Positions 18,243 through 27,745 of a DNA stretch of 64,000 nt are shown piece by piece. Made by a program: the position numbers and the translations under genes. Source of the stretch: an uncultured Alphaproteobacteria bacterium (GTDB taxonomy: Bacteria > Pseudomonadota > Alphaproteobacteria > Rs-D84); NCBI GenBank assembly GCA_949878575.1, contig CATLAX010000002.1:357634-421633 (forward strand), in the 5' to 3' direction. Below the pieces are notes generated by a model, which worked only from the letters and a program-made list of their open reading frames with translations, did no database searches and was not told where the DNA came from. Positions within the stretch are counted from its first letter, which is position 1, and the number at the start of each line of letters is the position of its first letter.

Positions 18243-19584
18243 CTCGTCCTTCCATCAAGCACTGTTTTATGTCTATCCTTTGTTCCAGACGATGCCAGTA
18301 GACATACTGGCAAATTATGTACTGCGACAGGCTGCGCTGATTATAATTGCCGTCCAAATCGGAAATCACATCCTTGCAGTCAACCATTTTCCCGGTATTG
18401 TCGGCCGGATCCGCAATAATTTCAAACGCACCGTTGTCAATGCCGTCAACGTACACGTCCGGCAGCACGGACGTCCCCGCCGGCCGCAAATCCAAAATAA
18501 CAGCACCTGTCCCCCCCGCCAGCAGCGCATCGGACGTCTGGTCCCGCATGGTGACATTTGACGCGACAAGGGTGTCCGTTTCCAGGCCGCTGCGCGAACT
18601 GTATTCCAATTCATCCGGACTGATGTAAACATCCTGGCCGCGGGCGGCGTTTATGTACGACGACACGTCCAGGCGTTCAACGGAAAAGTTCACACGGTCC
18701 GCCACGACATTCCCGCGCACATTCCATTTGCCGGGTCCGTTAAACCCCGTGCGACCGGACGTCATGGCAAAATCATAAACGGACGCCGCGCCGGCCACAA
18801 AATTACCAGTATCACCGAAACGCGCAATCGTGCGCGCATCCAGTCCGGACGCCGTCAAATTTCCCCGCGCCAGTGTCAGCGCCGCCTCGCCGGTGCGGCT
18901 TTGAAATATGGCGCGGTTCGCGGTCAGGCTGTCTATCTTGTTTTTTATTTTGCGCCCGTTTTCAGCCCCCGTCACAGACAGCGTGCCCGCCGTCATCGTA
19001 TCAAACACGCCGCGGCGCGCAACCACGGCACCGGCATTGTCAAGCACGAACCCGCCCATGTTTAAGTCCGTTAAGAAAGCCCCGGCGTCAATATCCGTTT
19101 CGTTACGGCGGACAACGTCAGAGAACCCATCGTCCAGGGCGATGCCGACACTGACCACGTCGCCGGATGCGTCCGCGTAAAAACCGATGCGCCGCGCCAG
19201 TTCCGCACGCGCCACCCCGGACAGATCGCCGCCGGACAGTTCCAGACGCGCCGATATTTCCGCATCGGTCTTGTTTATGACCAGCGCAATATCCTGGCCC
19301 AGCGCCGTGCGCGGCACAAACCCCAGCGGCAGGCCGTACGGTTCCAGCAAATCTGCAAAGTCATCACCCGTGACAACGGTTGTGTCATACCGGATATGGC
19401 GCGCGTTTTCACGAATAAAAATTCGCGCGGCGGTTGCGGCGACATCAACCTGGCGCGTGGTGGAATACATCTGGGCATCCCTGTCACCAACCGCCAGACG
19501 GGATGCAAAAAACGGAATAAACGCAAAAACCAGGGCCAGCGCCAGCAATGCCTGCAATAAAAAATTTCCGCTTTGCCTGGACAA
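18229..19584 (-). CDS. Pilin-like paralog C
   Basis: MSRQSG-NFLLQALLALALVFAFIPFF (6-aa leader ending in G, as in the type IV pilin at 21708); internal motif DLNMGGFVLDNAG shared with paralog B. Confidence 0.6.
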   Translation of the reverse strand: MSRQSGNFLLQALLALALVFAFIPFFASRLAVGDRDAQMYSTTRQVDVAATAARIFIRENARHIRYDTTVVTGDDFADLLEPYGLPLGFVPRTALGQDIALVINKTDAEISARLELSGGDLSGVARAELARRIGFYADASGDVVSVGIALDDGFSDVVRRNETDIDAGAFLTDLNMGGFVLDNAGAVVARRGVFDTMTAGTLSVTGAENGRKIKNKIDSLTANRAIFQSRTGEAALTLARGNLTASGLDARTIARFGDTGNFVAGAASVYDFAMTSGRTGFNGPGKWNVRGNVVADRVNFSVERLDVSSYINAARGQDVYISPDELEYSSRSGLETDTLVASNVTMRDQTSDALLAGGTGAVILDLRPAGTSVLPDVYVDGIDNGAFEIIADPADNTGKMVDCKDVISDLDGNYNQRSLSQYIICQYVYWHRLEQRIDIKQCLMEGRDGCM

Positions 19585-19743
19585 AATTCAATCCCCTCCG
19601 AACATACCCGCAGGATAGCAACAGAAAAAAAATATTGCAATCGGTTTTAAGATGCTTTAATCTGTGCCACGGACGCATGGCGGCAGCAAAGAAAATCCCC
19701 ATGCAGAGAAAAAGTATTTCCTGATAATCAAAGAAAAACATAA

Positions 19744-20040
19744 ATGCAGAACAAAAAAAATCAAACCTCTGTCGGCCAGATGATTCAACGTTGCCACAAA
19801 TGGCGTCAAAAAAGAAAACAGTACATGGATCAGGCGCGCCAGACAGCGGACGAAATAGAACGCGAACGCTTAATGCAGACGGCCGAACACTATGGCCGAA
19901 TCGTTGCCGCCGAACAGGGCAAAATTGATTCCACACGCGGCCCCGCGGACAAGACCGCCGCCCCCGCCCCGGCAGAAGAGGCGACCGATGCGGACGATGA
20001 TGAAAACGCGTTCCCCGATTTTATTTCAAATCTGAAATAA
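19744..20040 (+). CDS. Small charged protein, DUF4167-like (uncertain)
   Basis: …RLMQTAEHYGRIVAAEQ… resembles the conserved AE(N/H)Y…R core of alphaproteobacterial DUF4167 proteins; start uncertain. Confidence 0.4.
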   Translation: MQNKKNQTSVGQMIQRCHKWRQKRKQYMDQARQTADEIERERLMQTAEHYGRIVAAEQGKIDSTRGPADKTAAPAPAEEATDADDDENAFPDFISNLK

Positions 20041-20113
20041 CGTCCGGCCCCCGTCTTTTAATTGTTGAAATTTCACGTGCGTCTGCTATGCTTTTTCGCA
20101 AAGGAAGAATTGC

Positions 20114-21688
20114 ATGGATACGAATTATACCGTTTTGGCGCGCAAATACCGCAGTCAGGATTTTCAAACACTTATCGGCCAGGATGTTCTGGTAAAAACG
20201 CTGACCACGGCGATAAACACCGGCCGCATTGCGCATGCATATATTTTCACCGGAATACGCGGGACTGGAAAAACCAGCACGGCCAGAATTCTGGCAAAGG
20301 CGCTGAACTGCCTGTCGGGCGACCGTGCAACAGCCACACCGTGCGGCGTATGTGAAAACTGTCGTGCAATCGCCGCCGGGCAGCATATTGACGTAATGGA
20401 AATTGACGCCGCGTCACACACGGGCGTGGACAACATGCGCGATATTTTGGACGCCGCACAGTACCGCCCAACAAACGGCCGGTACAAGGTATACATCATA
20501 GACGAAGTGCATATGCTGTCCACATCCGCATTCAACGCATTGCTAAAAACACTGGAAGAACCGCCGGCGCACGTAATATTCATTCTGGCCACGACCGAAA
20601 TCCGCAAGGTTCCGGTTACCATTTTATCCCGGTGCCAGCGTTTTGATCTGGTGCGCGTGCCGGTTGAAACACTAAAAAAGCATTTTGCCTGGATTGCAGA
20701 GCAGGAAAAGGTAACCCTGTCGGACGAGGCGAACGAACTGTTGGCGCGCGCGGCGGACGGTTCCGTGCGCGACGGTCTGTCACTGTTGGACCAGGCGATT
20801 GCGCAAACCGGCGGCAATGTTGACGAGGCCGCGGTGTTAAGCATGTTAAAACGCGCCGACCGCGGCGTGGTGATTGACTTTATGAAAACACTGCTGTCCG
20901 GCGACGTGGCGGCGGCCCTGGCAAAGGCGGATACAATTTACAACAACGGCGCCGATTTGACCATGCTAATGTCTGATATGATGGAATGGACGCACTGGGC
21001 GACACGCATGCATCCGGCACTGCATGCGGGCGACGGCGCATCATCACCGTACACGGCGGACATGCGCGAACAAATGCGCGGCGTCATAGCAAAGACAAGT
21101 TTAAACACTTTGTCGCGCATATGGCAGGTGCTGGTCGCCGCAGTGCCGGAAATGCAGGCGGCAGGCAACCAGAAGCAATGCTTTGACATGCTGATTGTGC
21201 GCTGCATGCATATTGCGGAAATCCCCCCGATTTCCGAGTTGATGAAACAGGAATCGCCACGCACACCCGCGCCGCAAACGCCACAGGCACCCGGGACGCC
21301 GGCACCGCAATCCCCGGCCGCCACATCCGCACCGGCGCAGCAGACGACGCAGTGCCAGATAGCATCCGCCGTGGCGCTGGGCGATGCGCTGCAGCAGTCG
21401 CGCGAAATCCTGTTATACTCGTATTACAGCGGCAATATAGAGGTTTGTGAGTTTGCAGACGGCCATATAAAATATTTTGACCGCAAGGGCGATGCGGATT
21501 TCCCGCACCGTCTGGCGGAATGGCTGCTCAAAAAAACAGGCCACCCGTGGCAGCTGGAGCGCCAGGAGCAGTCACAGCACGCGCACACCATGACGGAACA
21601 GAAACAGGAAGAACTGGCCGCGGACCCCATGGTCGCCAGTGCAATGAACCTGTTTGCGGACGCGCAAATTTTAGGCGTCGGAAATTAA
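20114..21688 (+). CDS. dnaX: DNA polymerase III subunits gamma/tau
   Basis: AAA+ clamp-loader motifs (FTGIRGTGKTSTARILAKALNC, zinc-binding Cys cluster, SRC motif), 524 aa. Confidence 0.95.
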   Translation: MDTNYTVLARKYRSQDFQTLIGQDVLVKTLTTAINTGRIAHAYIFTGIRGTGKTSTARILAKALNCLSGDRATATPCGVCENCRAIAAGQHIDVMEIDAASHTGVDNMRDILDAAQYRPTNGRYKVYIIDEVHMLSTSAFNALLKTLEEPPAHVIFILATTEIRKVPVTILSRCQRFDLVRVPVETLKKHFAWIAEQEKVTLSDEANELLARAADGSVRDGLSLLDQAIAQTGGNVDEAAVLSMLKRADRGVVIDFMKTLLSGDVAAALAKADTIYNNGADLTMLMSDMMEWTHWATRMHPALHAGDGASSPYTADMREQMRGVIAKTSLNTLSRIWQVLVAAVPEMQAAGNQKQCFDMLIVRCMHIAEIPPISELMKQESPRTPAPQTPQAPGTPAPQSPAATSAPAQQTTQCQIASAVALGDALQQSREILLYSYYSGNIEVCEFADGHIKYFDRKGDADFPHRLAEWLLKKTGHPWQLERQEQSQHAHTMTEQKQEELAADPMVASAMNLFADAQILGVGN

Positions 21689-21707
21689 CTTCATGGAGGA
21701 AAAACAT

Positions 21708-22166
21708 ATGCGGCAGGAATCGGGACGTTCTTTGATAGAAATAATCGGAATAATGGCCATCGGCGCCATCATGACGGCCAGTGCGGTTTCACTTTACAAC
21801 ATGATACGCGGCAACCAGACACGCCGCATCGCCGCCGCCGAAATGCAGCAGATTGTCCGCGACACGCGCATGCTGATGGAAATGCGCGGCGACTATACCG
21901 GAATTTCCGTAGACTATCTGATTAAGGCCGGCGCATTAAAATCAGATGCGGCACCGCTGGGCGGGGCCTGGTCCGTCACCGCCGAAGAAGGCGGAAAAAA
22001 ATTTGCAATAAATTTAACCGCGCTGTCGGCGGGCGAATGCGATTACTTTATAACCGCCGCGCCCGCATGGGCGGCCCAGATTCGCGTAAACGGCATGCCG
22101 GCGGATTCCACCACCAGCAACTGTTTCTCGTCACGCACAAACGAAATATCCTTTATAGCGGAATAA
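21708..22166 (+). CDS. Type IV pilin / pseudopilin (class III signal peptide)
   Basis: MRQESG|RSLIEIIGIMAIGAIMTASAVS: 6-aa leader, Gly-1, Glu+5, hydrophobic helix; GGAGG RBS 8 nt upstream of the ATG at 21708; C-terminal Cys pair. Confidence 0.75.
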   Translation: MRQESGRSLIEIIGIMAIGAIMTASAVSLYNMIRGNQTRRIAAAEMQQIVRDTRMLMEMRGDYTGISVDYLIKAGALKSDAAPLGGAWSVTAEEGGKKFAINLTALSAGECDYFITAAPAWAAQIRVNGMPADSTTSNCFSSRTNEISFIAE

Positions 22167-22844
22167 ATGACACGCAAAACCGTCTTTTTATTGCTGGCAA
22201 TGATGCTTTCCGGATGCACCCCGTATGTCAGTCCGCCGCGTGACACATGGCGGACTTATCTGCGGGGCGCATCCATGTCGGATATGACGGACGGCGCGCG
22301 CGTTGCAAAACGTCCCGTTTATATGGGCGCCGGCGGACGCCTGATGGGCGACGTGGTAAATGTTGCACCGGGCGCAGAATACGGCGACAAGGTTGCGAAC
22401 GACAACATGTACGCGGTGGCGTACATGGCTGATTTGGAATACGAACTGTACGACGCCCTGCGCAAGCCGGGCATATCCGTTCAGCGGGCCGGCACGGACG
22501 TGGTCGTTATTTTGGTGCGCGACGCCATAATGGAAATGGACGTTGCGGAAATTTCAGACACCGGCGCTGACACACTGCAAACAATATCAAAAATATTAAA
22601 CAAGTATGATGCCACGTTCATTGAAATCGCCGGGTATACGGACGCAATGCGCGACACCGCGGCCGCGACGGCACTGTCCGGCGACATGGCGATGCGAACT
22701 GGCGTGTTCATGGCCCGTCACAGGGTAAATCCCGTGCGCATGTTTATTGTCGGCCGCGGCGCCGCGCGCCCGATTGCCGCCCAGGACGACATAGGCCGCC
22801 TGACGAACAGACGAATTGAAATGCGCATCGCACCGGCGCGATAG
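22167..22844 (+). CDS. OmpA/MotB-family peptidoglycan-binding lipoprotein
   Basis: Lipobox LLAMMLSGC; C-terminal OmpA-like domain (…IAGYTDAMRDTAAATALSGDMAMRTGVF…NRRIEMRI); start abuts pilin stop. Confidence 0.7.
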   Translation: MTRKTVFLLLAMMLSGCTPYVSPPRDTWRTYLRGASMSDMTDGARVAKRPVYMGAGGRLMGDVVNVAPGAEYGDKVANDNMYAVAYMADLEYELYDALRKPGISVQRAGTDVVVILVRDAIMEMDVAEISDTGADTLQTISKILNKYDATFIEIAGYTDAMRDTAAATALSGDMAMRTGVFMARHRVNPVRMFIVGRGAARPIAAQDDIGRLTNRRIEMRIAPAR

Positions 22845-22919
22845 TGAAAAAATAGCCTTTTACTTTTACTTTTTTATTGTTATACTGCGAACATCAAACT
22901 AAACAGAAAGGATGGAAAA

Positions 22920-23594
22920 ATGGCAAACAAGACATCAGCTACGGGGACGGCCCCAGTGGTTGTCAAATACAAGAAATTCGGCATTGTTGCGGCGGCGGTC
23001 GTTGCGGTCGGCGTTATCGGAATCTGTGCGGTGTTCGCACTAAACCGCGGGCGCAGCGGCAGTCTGGAATCCGCGATGGAGGTTGTGACATCAGACGCGG
23101 CGGCCGGCGGCGACTTGCGCGTGGCGGTAATCCGCATGGACGCGATACAGGGCGGCGCCGTGGCATTGAAAGATTTGCGCAAGCAAAAAGAGTCTTATGA
23201 AACCCGGCTGCGCGACGAATTGACACGCGAACAAAAGGCGCTGGAAAAAGAAAAGGCGGAAATTGAAAAATCCCAGGACGTGCTGTCACGCGATGCGTTG
23301 CAGCGCCGCGTGGTTGACTATCAAAACCGCGTTGCAAAGCTGCAGCAGGATTTGAACGACCGCGCACAAAGCATTGAAGTGTCTTTCCAGAAAGCGTTAA
23401 ACGACGTCCAGGAACAGCATCTGGATCCGATTATAGAGGCGACGATTGCAAAAAAGAACCTGTCGCTGGTTATTGACGGCCGCTTTGCACGCGTCGGACC
23501 GAATACGGAAAATCTGGACATCACGGACCAGGTGGTAGAGGCGCTGAACAGAAAAGTATCCTCTGTCAAAATGGAAACGCCAAAGGGTTTCTAA
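22920..23594 (+). CDS. OmpH/Skp-like periplasmic chaperone
   Basis: N-terminal TM/signal, long coiled-coil K/E/Q-rich region typical of Skp/OmpH. Confidence 0.65.
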   Translation: MANKTSATGTAPVVVKYKKFGIVAAAVVAVGVIGICAVFALNRGRSGSLESAMEVVTSDAAAGGDLRVAVIRMDAIQGGAVALKDLRKQKESYETRLRDELTREQKALEKEKAEIEKSQDVLSRDALQRRVVDYQNRVAKLQQDLNDRAQSIEVSFQKALNDVQEQHLDPIIEATIAKKNLSLVIDGRFARVGPNTENLDITDQVVEALNRKVSSVKMETPKGF

Positions 23595-23611
23595 CCGCAA
23601 CGGCAAAAACG

Positions 23612-23642
23612 AAAAAGGCGCAGATTCTGCGCCTTTTTTTTC
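23612..23642 (+). terminator. Rho-independent terminator (AAAAAGGCGCAGATTCTGCGCCTTTTTTTT)
   Basis: GC stem-loop plus T8 run directly after the Skp-like gene. Confidence 0.65.
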
Positions 23643-23703
23643 GCACGGCCCGCGGGCGATGACACACATTGCACGCGACAACCACAGATTAAAGGCATCG
23701 CCA

Positions 23704-25059
23704 TTAATCATACGGATTATCAGATTTTTGGTACTCTATTACAACAGGCAAGTGTTCCCAGTGCAGTTCTGTCGCAATTCCGCGCCGCAGATAACGCGTA
23801 TAGGATTCCGGAATATCGGACGCACCGCCGACATTTATCGTAATTTTCATCGGATGGCGTCCTGTCTGGCGCGCAAACTTGATTTTCATGGGCCGCTTTA
23901 ACCGCGACATCGGCGGCTGGCGCGACGCGACCAGCCGTTCCACGATTCTGTTTAACAGACTGGTCGGGACATCGGTGTTTGAAATATCCCACTGCTGATA
24001 AACACGGCGGAACATGTTTTGAACACCTGTGCCGGTTTCGGCCGATATGGCCAGTATCATGGGCTTTATAATCTGGTGAAAAGAATTTGCAAACTGATGC
24101 TTTAACCGCAACAGTTTTTCATCACGGATTTCCGGTGCGACCAAATCCCATTTGTTTAATGCAACGCACAAAATCTTGCCCGCATCAAAAACGCGCGCCG
24201 CAATCCCCAGCGCCTGGTTTTCAATGTTGCGCGTGGCATCCACGACCAGTATGACAACATCTGATTTTGCAATCGCGTCCAGTGATTTTAACGCCGACAG
24301 CGTTTCAACATCATCCGTCACCCCCGCCTTGCGGCGCAGGCCGGCGGTATCCATCAACACAATGTCGCGGCCGTAAAAGCGCGCGGGTATTTTAACGGTA
24401 TCGCGCGTAACGCCGGGCGCGTCGCGCACTATCTGGCGCACCTCGCCCAGCACGCGGTTTACCAGCGTTGACTTGCCCACGTTAGGCTGGCCCAGGATTG
24501 CGATTTTCACCCGCGAATCCGGCTGAACATCGGAGCGCTCCGCATCCGCTGTGGCGGCGTCATAACCCGCAATCTTGTCCAAAAATTCATAAATCCGGTC
24601 AAAGCCCTGCTTATGTTCTGCGGACACGGCGACCGGCGCGCCAAAACCCAGTTTGTAAAATTCATGCAAATCCGACGTGCGGCGCGCGGATTCCGTCTTG
24701 TTCGCCAGCAGCAGCACGGGGGCCTTTGTATTGCGGCGAACAGTGCGCGCCCATTCCAAATCATCCGCCATCAGACCGGCGCGGCCGTCAACAACGAACA
24801 AGACCACATCGGCGTCCGCAATCGCATGCGTCGCCATTTGTGTTGAATCCGATGCAATGCCGTCACGCGCACGTTCCAGACCGGCCGTGTCTGTTATACT
24901 GTACGGCCGGGCCGCAAACACGCCGGAAATATTGTCGCGCGTCACGCCCGGGCGGTCATGAACCAGCGCATCGCGCGTTCCCGTCAGCGCATTGAACAAA
25001 GTTGATTTTCCGGTATTAGGCCGGCCGGCAATAGTTACTTTTATCATTGTTTTTTCCAT
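23704..25059 (-). CDS. der: Ribosome-associated GTPase Der (EngA), two tandem GTPase domains plus KH-like domain
   Basis: Two Walker A motifs (GRPNTGKSTLFN and GQPNVGKSTLVN), 451 aa. Confidence 0.95.
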   Translation of the reverse strand: MEKTMIKVTIAGRPNTGKSTLFNALTGTRDALVHDRPGVTRDNISGVFAARPYSITDTAGLERARDGIASDSTQMATHAIADADVVLFVVDGRAGLMADDLEWARTVRRNTKAPVLLLANKTESARRTSDLHEFYKLGFGAPVAVSAEHKQGFDRIYEFLDKIAGYDAATADAERSDVQPDSRVKIAILGQPNVGKSTLVNRVLGEVRQIVRDAPGVTRDTVKIPARFYGRDIVLMDTAGLRRKAGVTDDVETLSALKSLDAIAKSDVVILVVDATRNIENQALGIAARVFDAGKILCVALNKWDLVAPEIRDEKLLRLKHQFANSFHQIIKPMILAISAETGTGVQNMFRRVYQQWDISNTDVPTSLLNRIVERLVASRQPPMSRLKRPMKIKFARQTGRHPMKITINVGGASDIPESYTRYLRRGIATELHWEHLPVVIEYQKSDNPYD

Positions 25060-25107
25060 TGATTTTTTTCAATTATATAGCAAAATTATAAATAATCAAA
25101 TCCAAGG

Positions 25108-25713
25108 GTGGGCATCATGATGGCAAAAGCAAAAAAATGGATGAAACACATTCGCAACATAATTGTGAACCCGCGGCGTTTTTTCACAAAAATTGTCGCC
25201 GACGGCAATATGGAAGAATCCATGTTAAAGGCCTTTATGTACGGATTACTGGGCGGCATTTTGGTTCTGGGGCTGCGCTTAATCGGCGGTGCGACGGTTA
25301 CAATCGGCGCCGTGTTTTCGGCAATTATCATCGTGCCTGTTCTGGCGGTGGCAATGCTGTTCGTAATGGGGGGCTTAATGATGCTGGTGTCGGAAATAAC
25401 CGGCGGCGAACGCGACTGGGAAATAGCGATTAAGGGTCTGGCCTCTGTATTCTTTATTTATCCCGCAATTTTGGTTTTAAACGCACTGGCGTTCAACTGC
25501 ACATCCATGTGGATTATCAGCATCGCTGTTGACGCATACGTGATGTTTCTGTTTTACAACATCGCCCTGTACTGCATGCGCGGGCGGCGCGCGAACGTTA
25601 TCGCAGTGATTGCAATATTTACACTGTTTATGGTGACGGTTTATGCCACCGATTACCGCATAGGGTGGTTTATGCTGAAAAACACGGGCGCCACGCTGGC
25701 ATGCCTGATGTAG
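25108..25713 (+). CDS. Integral membrane protein (Yip1-like topology, uncertain)
   Basis: About 5 TM helices after a short basic N-terminus; no catalytic motif recognised. Confidence 0.45.
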   Translation: MGIMMAKAKKWMKHIRNIIVNPRRFFTKIVADGNMEESMLKAFMYGLLGGILVLGLRLIGGATVTIGAVFSAIIIVPVLAVAMLFVMGGLMMLVSEITGGERDWEIAIKGLASVFFIYPAILVLNALAFNCTSMWIISIAVDAYVMFLFYNIALYCMRGRRANVIAVIAIFTLFMVTVYATDYRIGWFMLKNTGATLACLM

Positions 25714-25725
25714 CGAACAGAACAA

Positions 25726-25760
25726 ATAAAAAAAAGCGGGGTGACCCGCTTTTTTTTATT
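25726..25760. terminator. Bidirectional terminator (A-run, AGCGGGGTGACCCGCT, T-run)
   Basis: Between convergent membrane-protein gene (+) and porin gene (-). Confidence 0.6.
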
Positions 25761-26775
25761 AAAACGTCAACCGCAGTCCGGCGGCAACAAACGGCGTCTT
25801 GCTGGATACGCCGATTGACGTCCAACCGTCAACATTGGCGCTGTATTTATAACGGAAAGAACCTATTACCGTATTGTCCGTATAACGCTCGTCCCCGTCA
25901 TGCCATATGCCGACGGACGACAATATGTAAGACAGCGACAGGCTGTAATTCAAAATATCATAACTGACCCCGGCGCCGGCGGACAACCCGTCGGATGCAG
26001 GCGACAACGCGTCATGGTCGTATATTGCGCGGCCGTTTACGCCGAACATCCAGCTGTTGTATTGGACATTCACGCCGACCGCACCCTGGGCGCGCCACGC
26101 GGCTGTCAAATTCGGTGCATAAGGCTCTGCGGAAAAATCGTCCGGATTGTCTATAAAAGATGCAGCGACGGAAAACGCCGTTTTGGTTTTGCCGGCCGGG
26201 CGCCGAAATTTCGCCCCCGCATCCAACGCATAGTCAAAACCCTTGGCGAATGTTGCGACAGAAACGCCGTACTGGGCGCCGGAAATGGGATTGGTTACCA
26301 TGTTCAAACGCAACGACTGGTCGCCGCTGTCTATGATTCCGTCGGATATAACGGGGCCACCCGGATTAATCTTTTTATAAAACAAAGGATTGTCGTTTAC
26401 GCGCATCGCCCCGACATCCGGCAACCCCAGCCCCAGTTTCCCCGCGGCGGATTCCGTCATGCCCAGTTCAACACGGCCGTAATCACGCGACTGCCAGAAC
26501 ATGAACAGATCGTCTATGTATTCATCGGAATCAACCGTCTGGGCGTCAATGGCGTAAACCAGCCCCATGCGGCTGCCGCCGGCGTCATAATTCCCCTCGC
26601 CCCGGATGCGCCAGTCGCCCAGGAAATCCGGCTTTCTGTCATCCGCATCTATCATGCCGGCACTGCCGTATCCGCTGAGCTTTAATTCGGCCCCGTCGTG
26701 ACGCCACGAAAATGCGGACGCATATCCGGGAACCGCCGCCGTCAGCACAGCCAGCAATATTGTTTTTCGCATCAT
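25759..26775 (-). CDS. Outer-membrane beta-barrel porin-like protein
   Basis: Signal peptide, alternating amphipathic strands, C-terminal …GLRLTF aromatic terminus; 4-nt overlap with the rpoH stop. Confidence 0.6.
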   Translation of the reverse strand: MMRKTILLAVLTAAVPGYASAFSWRHDGAELKLSGYGSAGMIDADDRKPDFLGDWRIRGEGNYDAGGSRMGLVYAIDAQTVDSDEYIDDLFMFWQSRDYGRVELGMTESAAGKLGLGLPDVGAMRVNDNPLFYKKINPGGPVISDGIIDSGDQSLRLNMVTNPISGAQYGVSVATFAKGFDYALDAGAKFRRPAGKTKTAFSVAASFIDNPDDFSAEPYAPNLTAAWRAQGAVGVNVQYNSWMFGVNGRAIYDHDALSPASDGLSAGAGVSYDILNYSLSLSYILSSVGIWHDGDERYTDNTVIGSFRYKYSANVDGWTSIGVSSKTPFVAAGLRLTF

Positions 26776-27680
26776 TTGTCCTCTCCTGCCTGCTTTAAAA
26801 TTTCGTTGCGCAGTTTTGAATACGCACGCTCTTCTATCTGGCGGACGCGTTCGCGCGATATGTTGTATTTTTTTGCCAGCACCTCCAGCGTGGCGACCGG
26901 GTCTGACAAACGGCGAGCAACCAAAATTTCGCGGTCGCGTTCCGGCAACTCGGCCAGTGCCGACTGCAACATTTCATACCCCCGGCGCCGCATCTGCGCG
27001 TTTTCCAGCATCACTGCCACGTTGTCCGCACTGTCCGGCATGTTTGACAATATGTCGCCGCCGGATGCGTCGTCACTGCGCGCGGGCGCATTCAGCGACA
27101 CGTCGCGGGCAGACATGCGCACAGCCATGCGGCGCACGTCACCGTCCGGCACCCCCAGATATTCCGCGACCGCACGCGTCTGGTCGTCCGACATGTTCCC
27201 GTCCATTATCCCCAGCGCCCTTTTCGCGCGCGCCAGATTGAAAAACACGCGCTTTTGATTCGCAGATGTTCCTATCTTTACAACAGACCAGTTGTTTAGG
27301 ATTGTTTCATACATTTCCGCCTTTATCCAGAACATGGCGTATGTTGAAAACCTAAATCCGCGCTGCGGGTCAAATTTCTGCAGCGCCTGCATTAAACCCA
27401 TGTTTCCGCTGGCGATTAATTCCGGAATGGGAACGCCGTAATTTTTAAAATCATACGCCACGGACACAACCAGCCGCAGATGACTGGCGACCAGGCTTTC
27501 CGCCGCGGCCATGTCACGGTCGCGAACCCATCGCGTTGCGTATTCATACTCCTCGCTGGCGGACAGAACCGGAAACTTTTGTATTTCTTGAATATACCCG
27601 GTCAAAGACCCCGCATCCGGAATGTTTGTTAGTGATGAATTTTTCACCGCCGGCAAAGCGTTCTTGATTTGCTTTTTCAT
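26772..27680 (-). CDS. rpoH: RNA polymerase sigma-32 heat-shock factor
   Basis: Regions 2-4 of sigma70 family plus the RpoH box (QKRVFFNLARAKR). Confidence 0.9.
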   Translation of the reverse strand: MKKQIKNALPAVKNSSLTNIPDAGSLTGYIQEIQKFPVLSASEEYEYATRWVRDRDMAAAESLVASHLRLVVSVAYDFKNYGVPIPELIASGNMGLMQALQKFDPQRGFRFSTYAMFWIKAEMYETILNNWSVVKIGTSANQKRVFFNLARAKRALGIMDGNMSDDQTRAVAEYLGVPDGDVRRMAVRMSARDVSLNAPARSDDASGGDILSNMPDSADNVAVMLENAQMRRRGYEMLQSALAELPERDREILVARRLSDPVATLEVLAKKYNISRERVRQIEERAYSKLRNEILKQAGEDK

Positions 27681-27745
27681 AACTTTTATAGTATAGCAAT
27701 AAAATAAGATTTATCAAGAGTCCAGACAAACGAAGGAGATTTTGC

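Noticed and set aside
19585-20113. Looked for the SRP RNA gene (ffs), which often precedes dnaX
   Set aside because: No match to the conserved domain IV motif (…CAGGTCCGGAAGGAAGCAGC…) on either strand in this interval.
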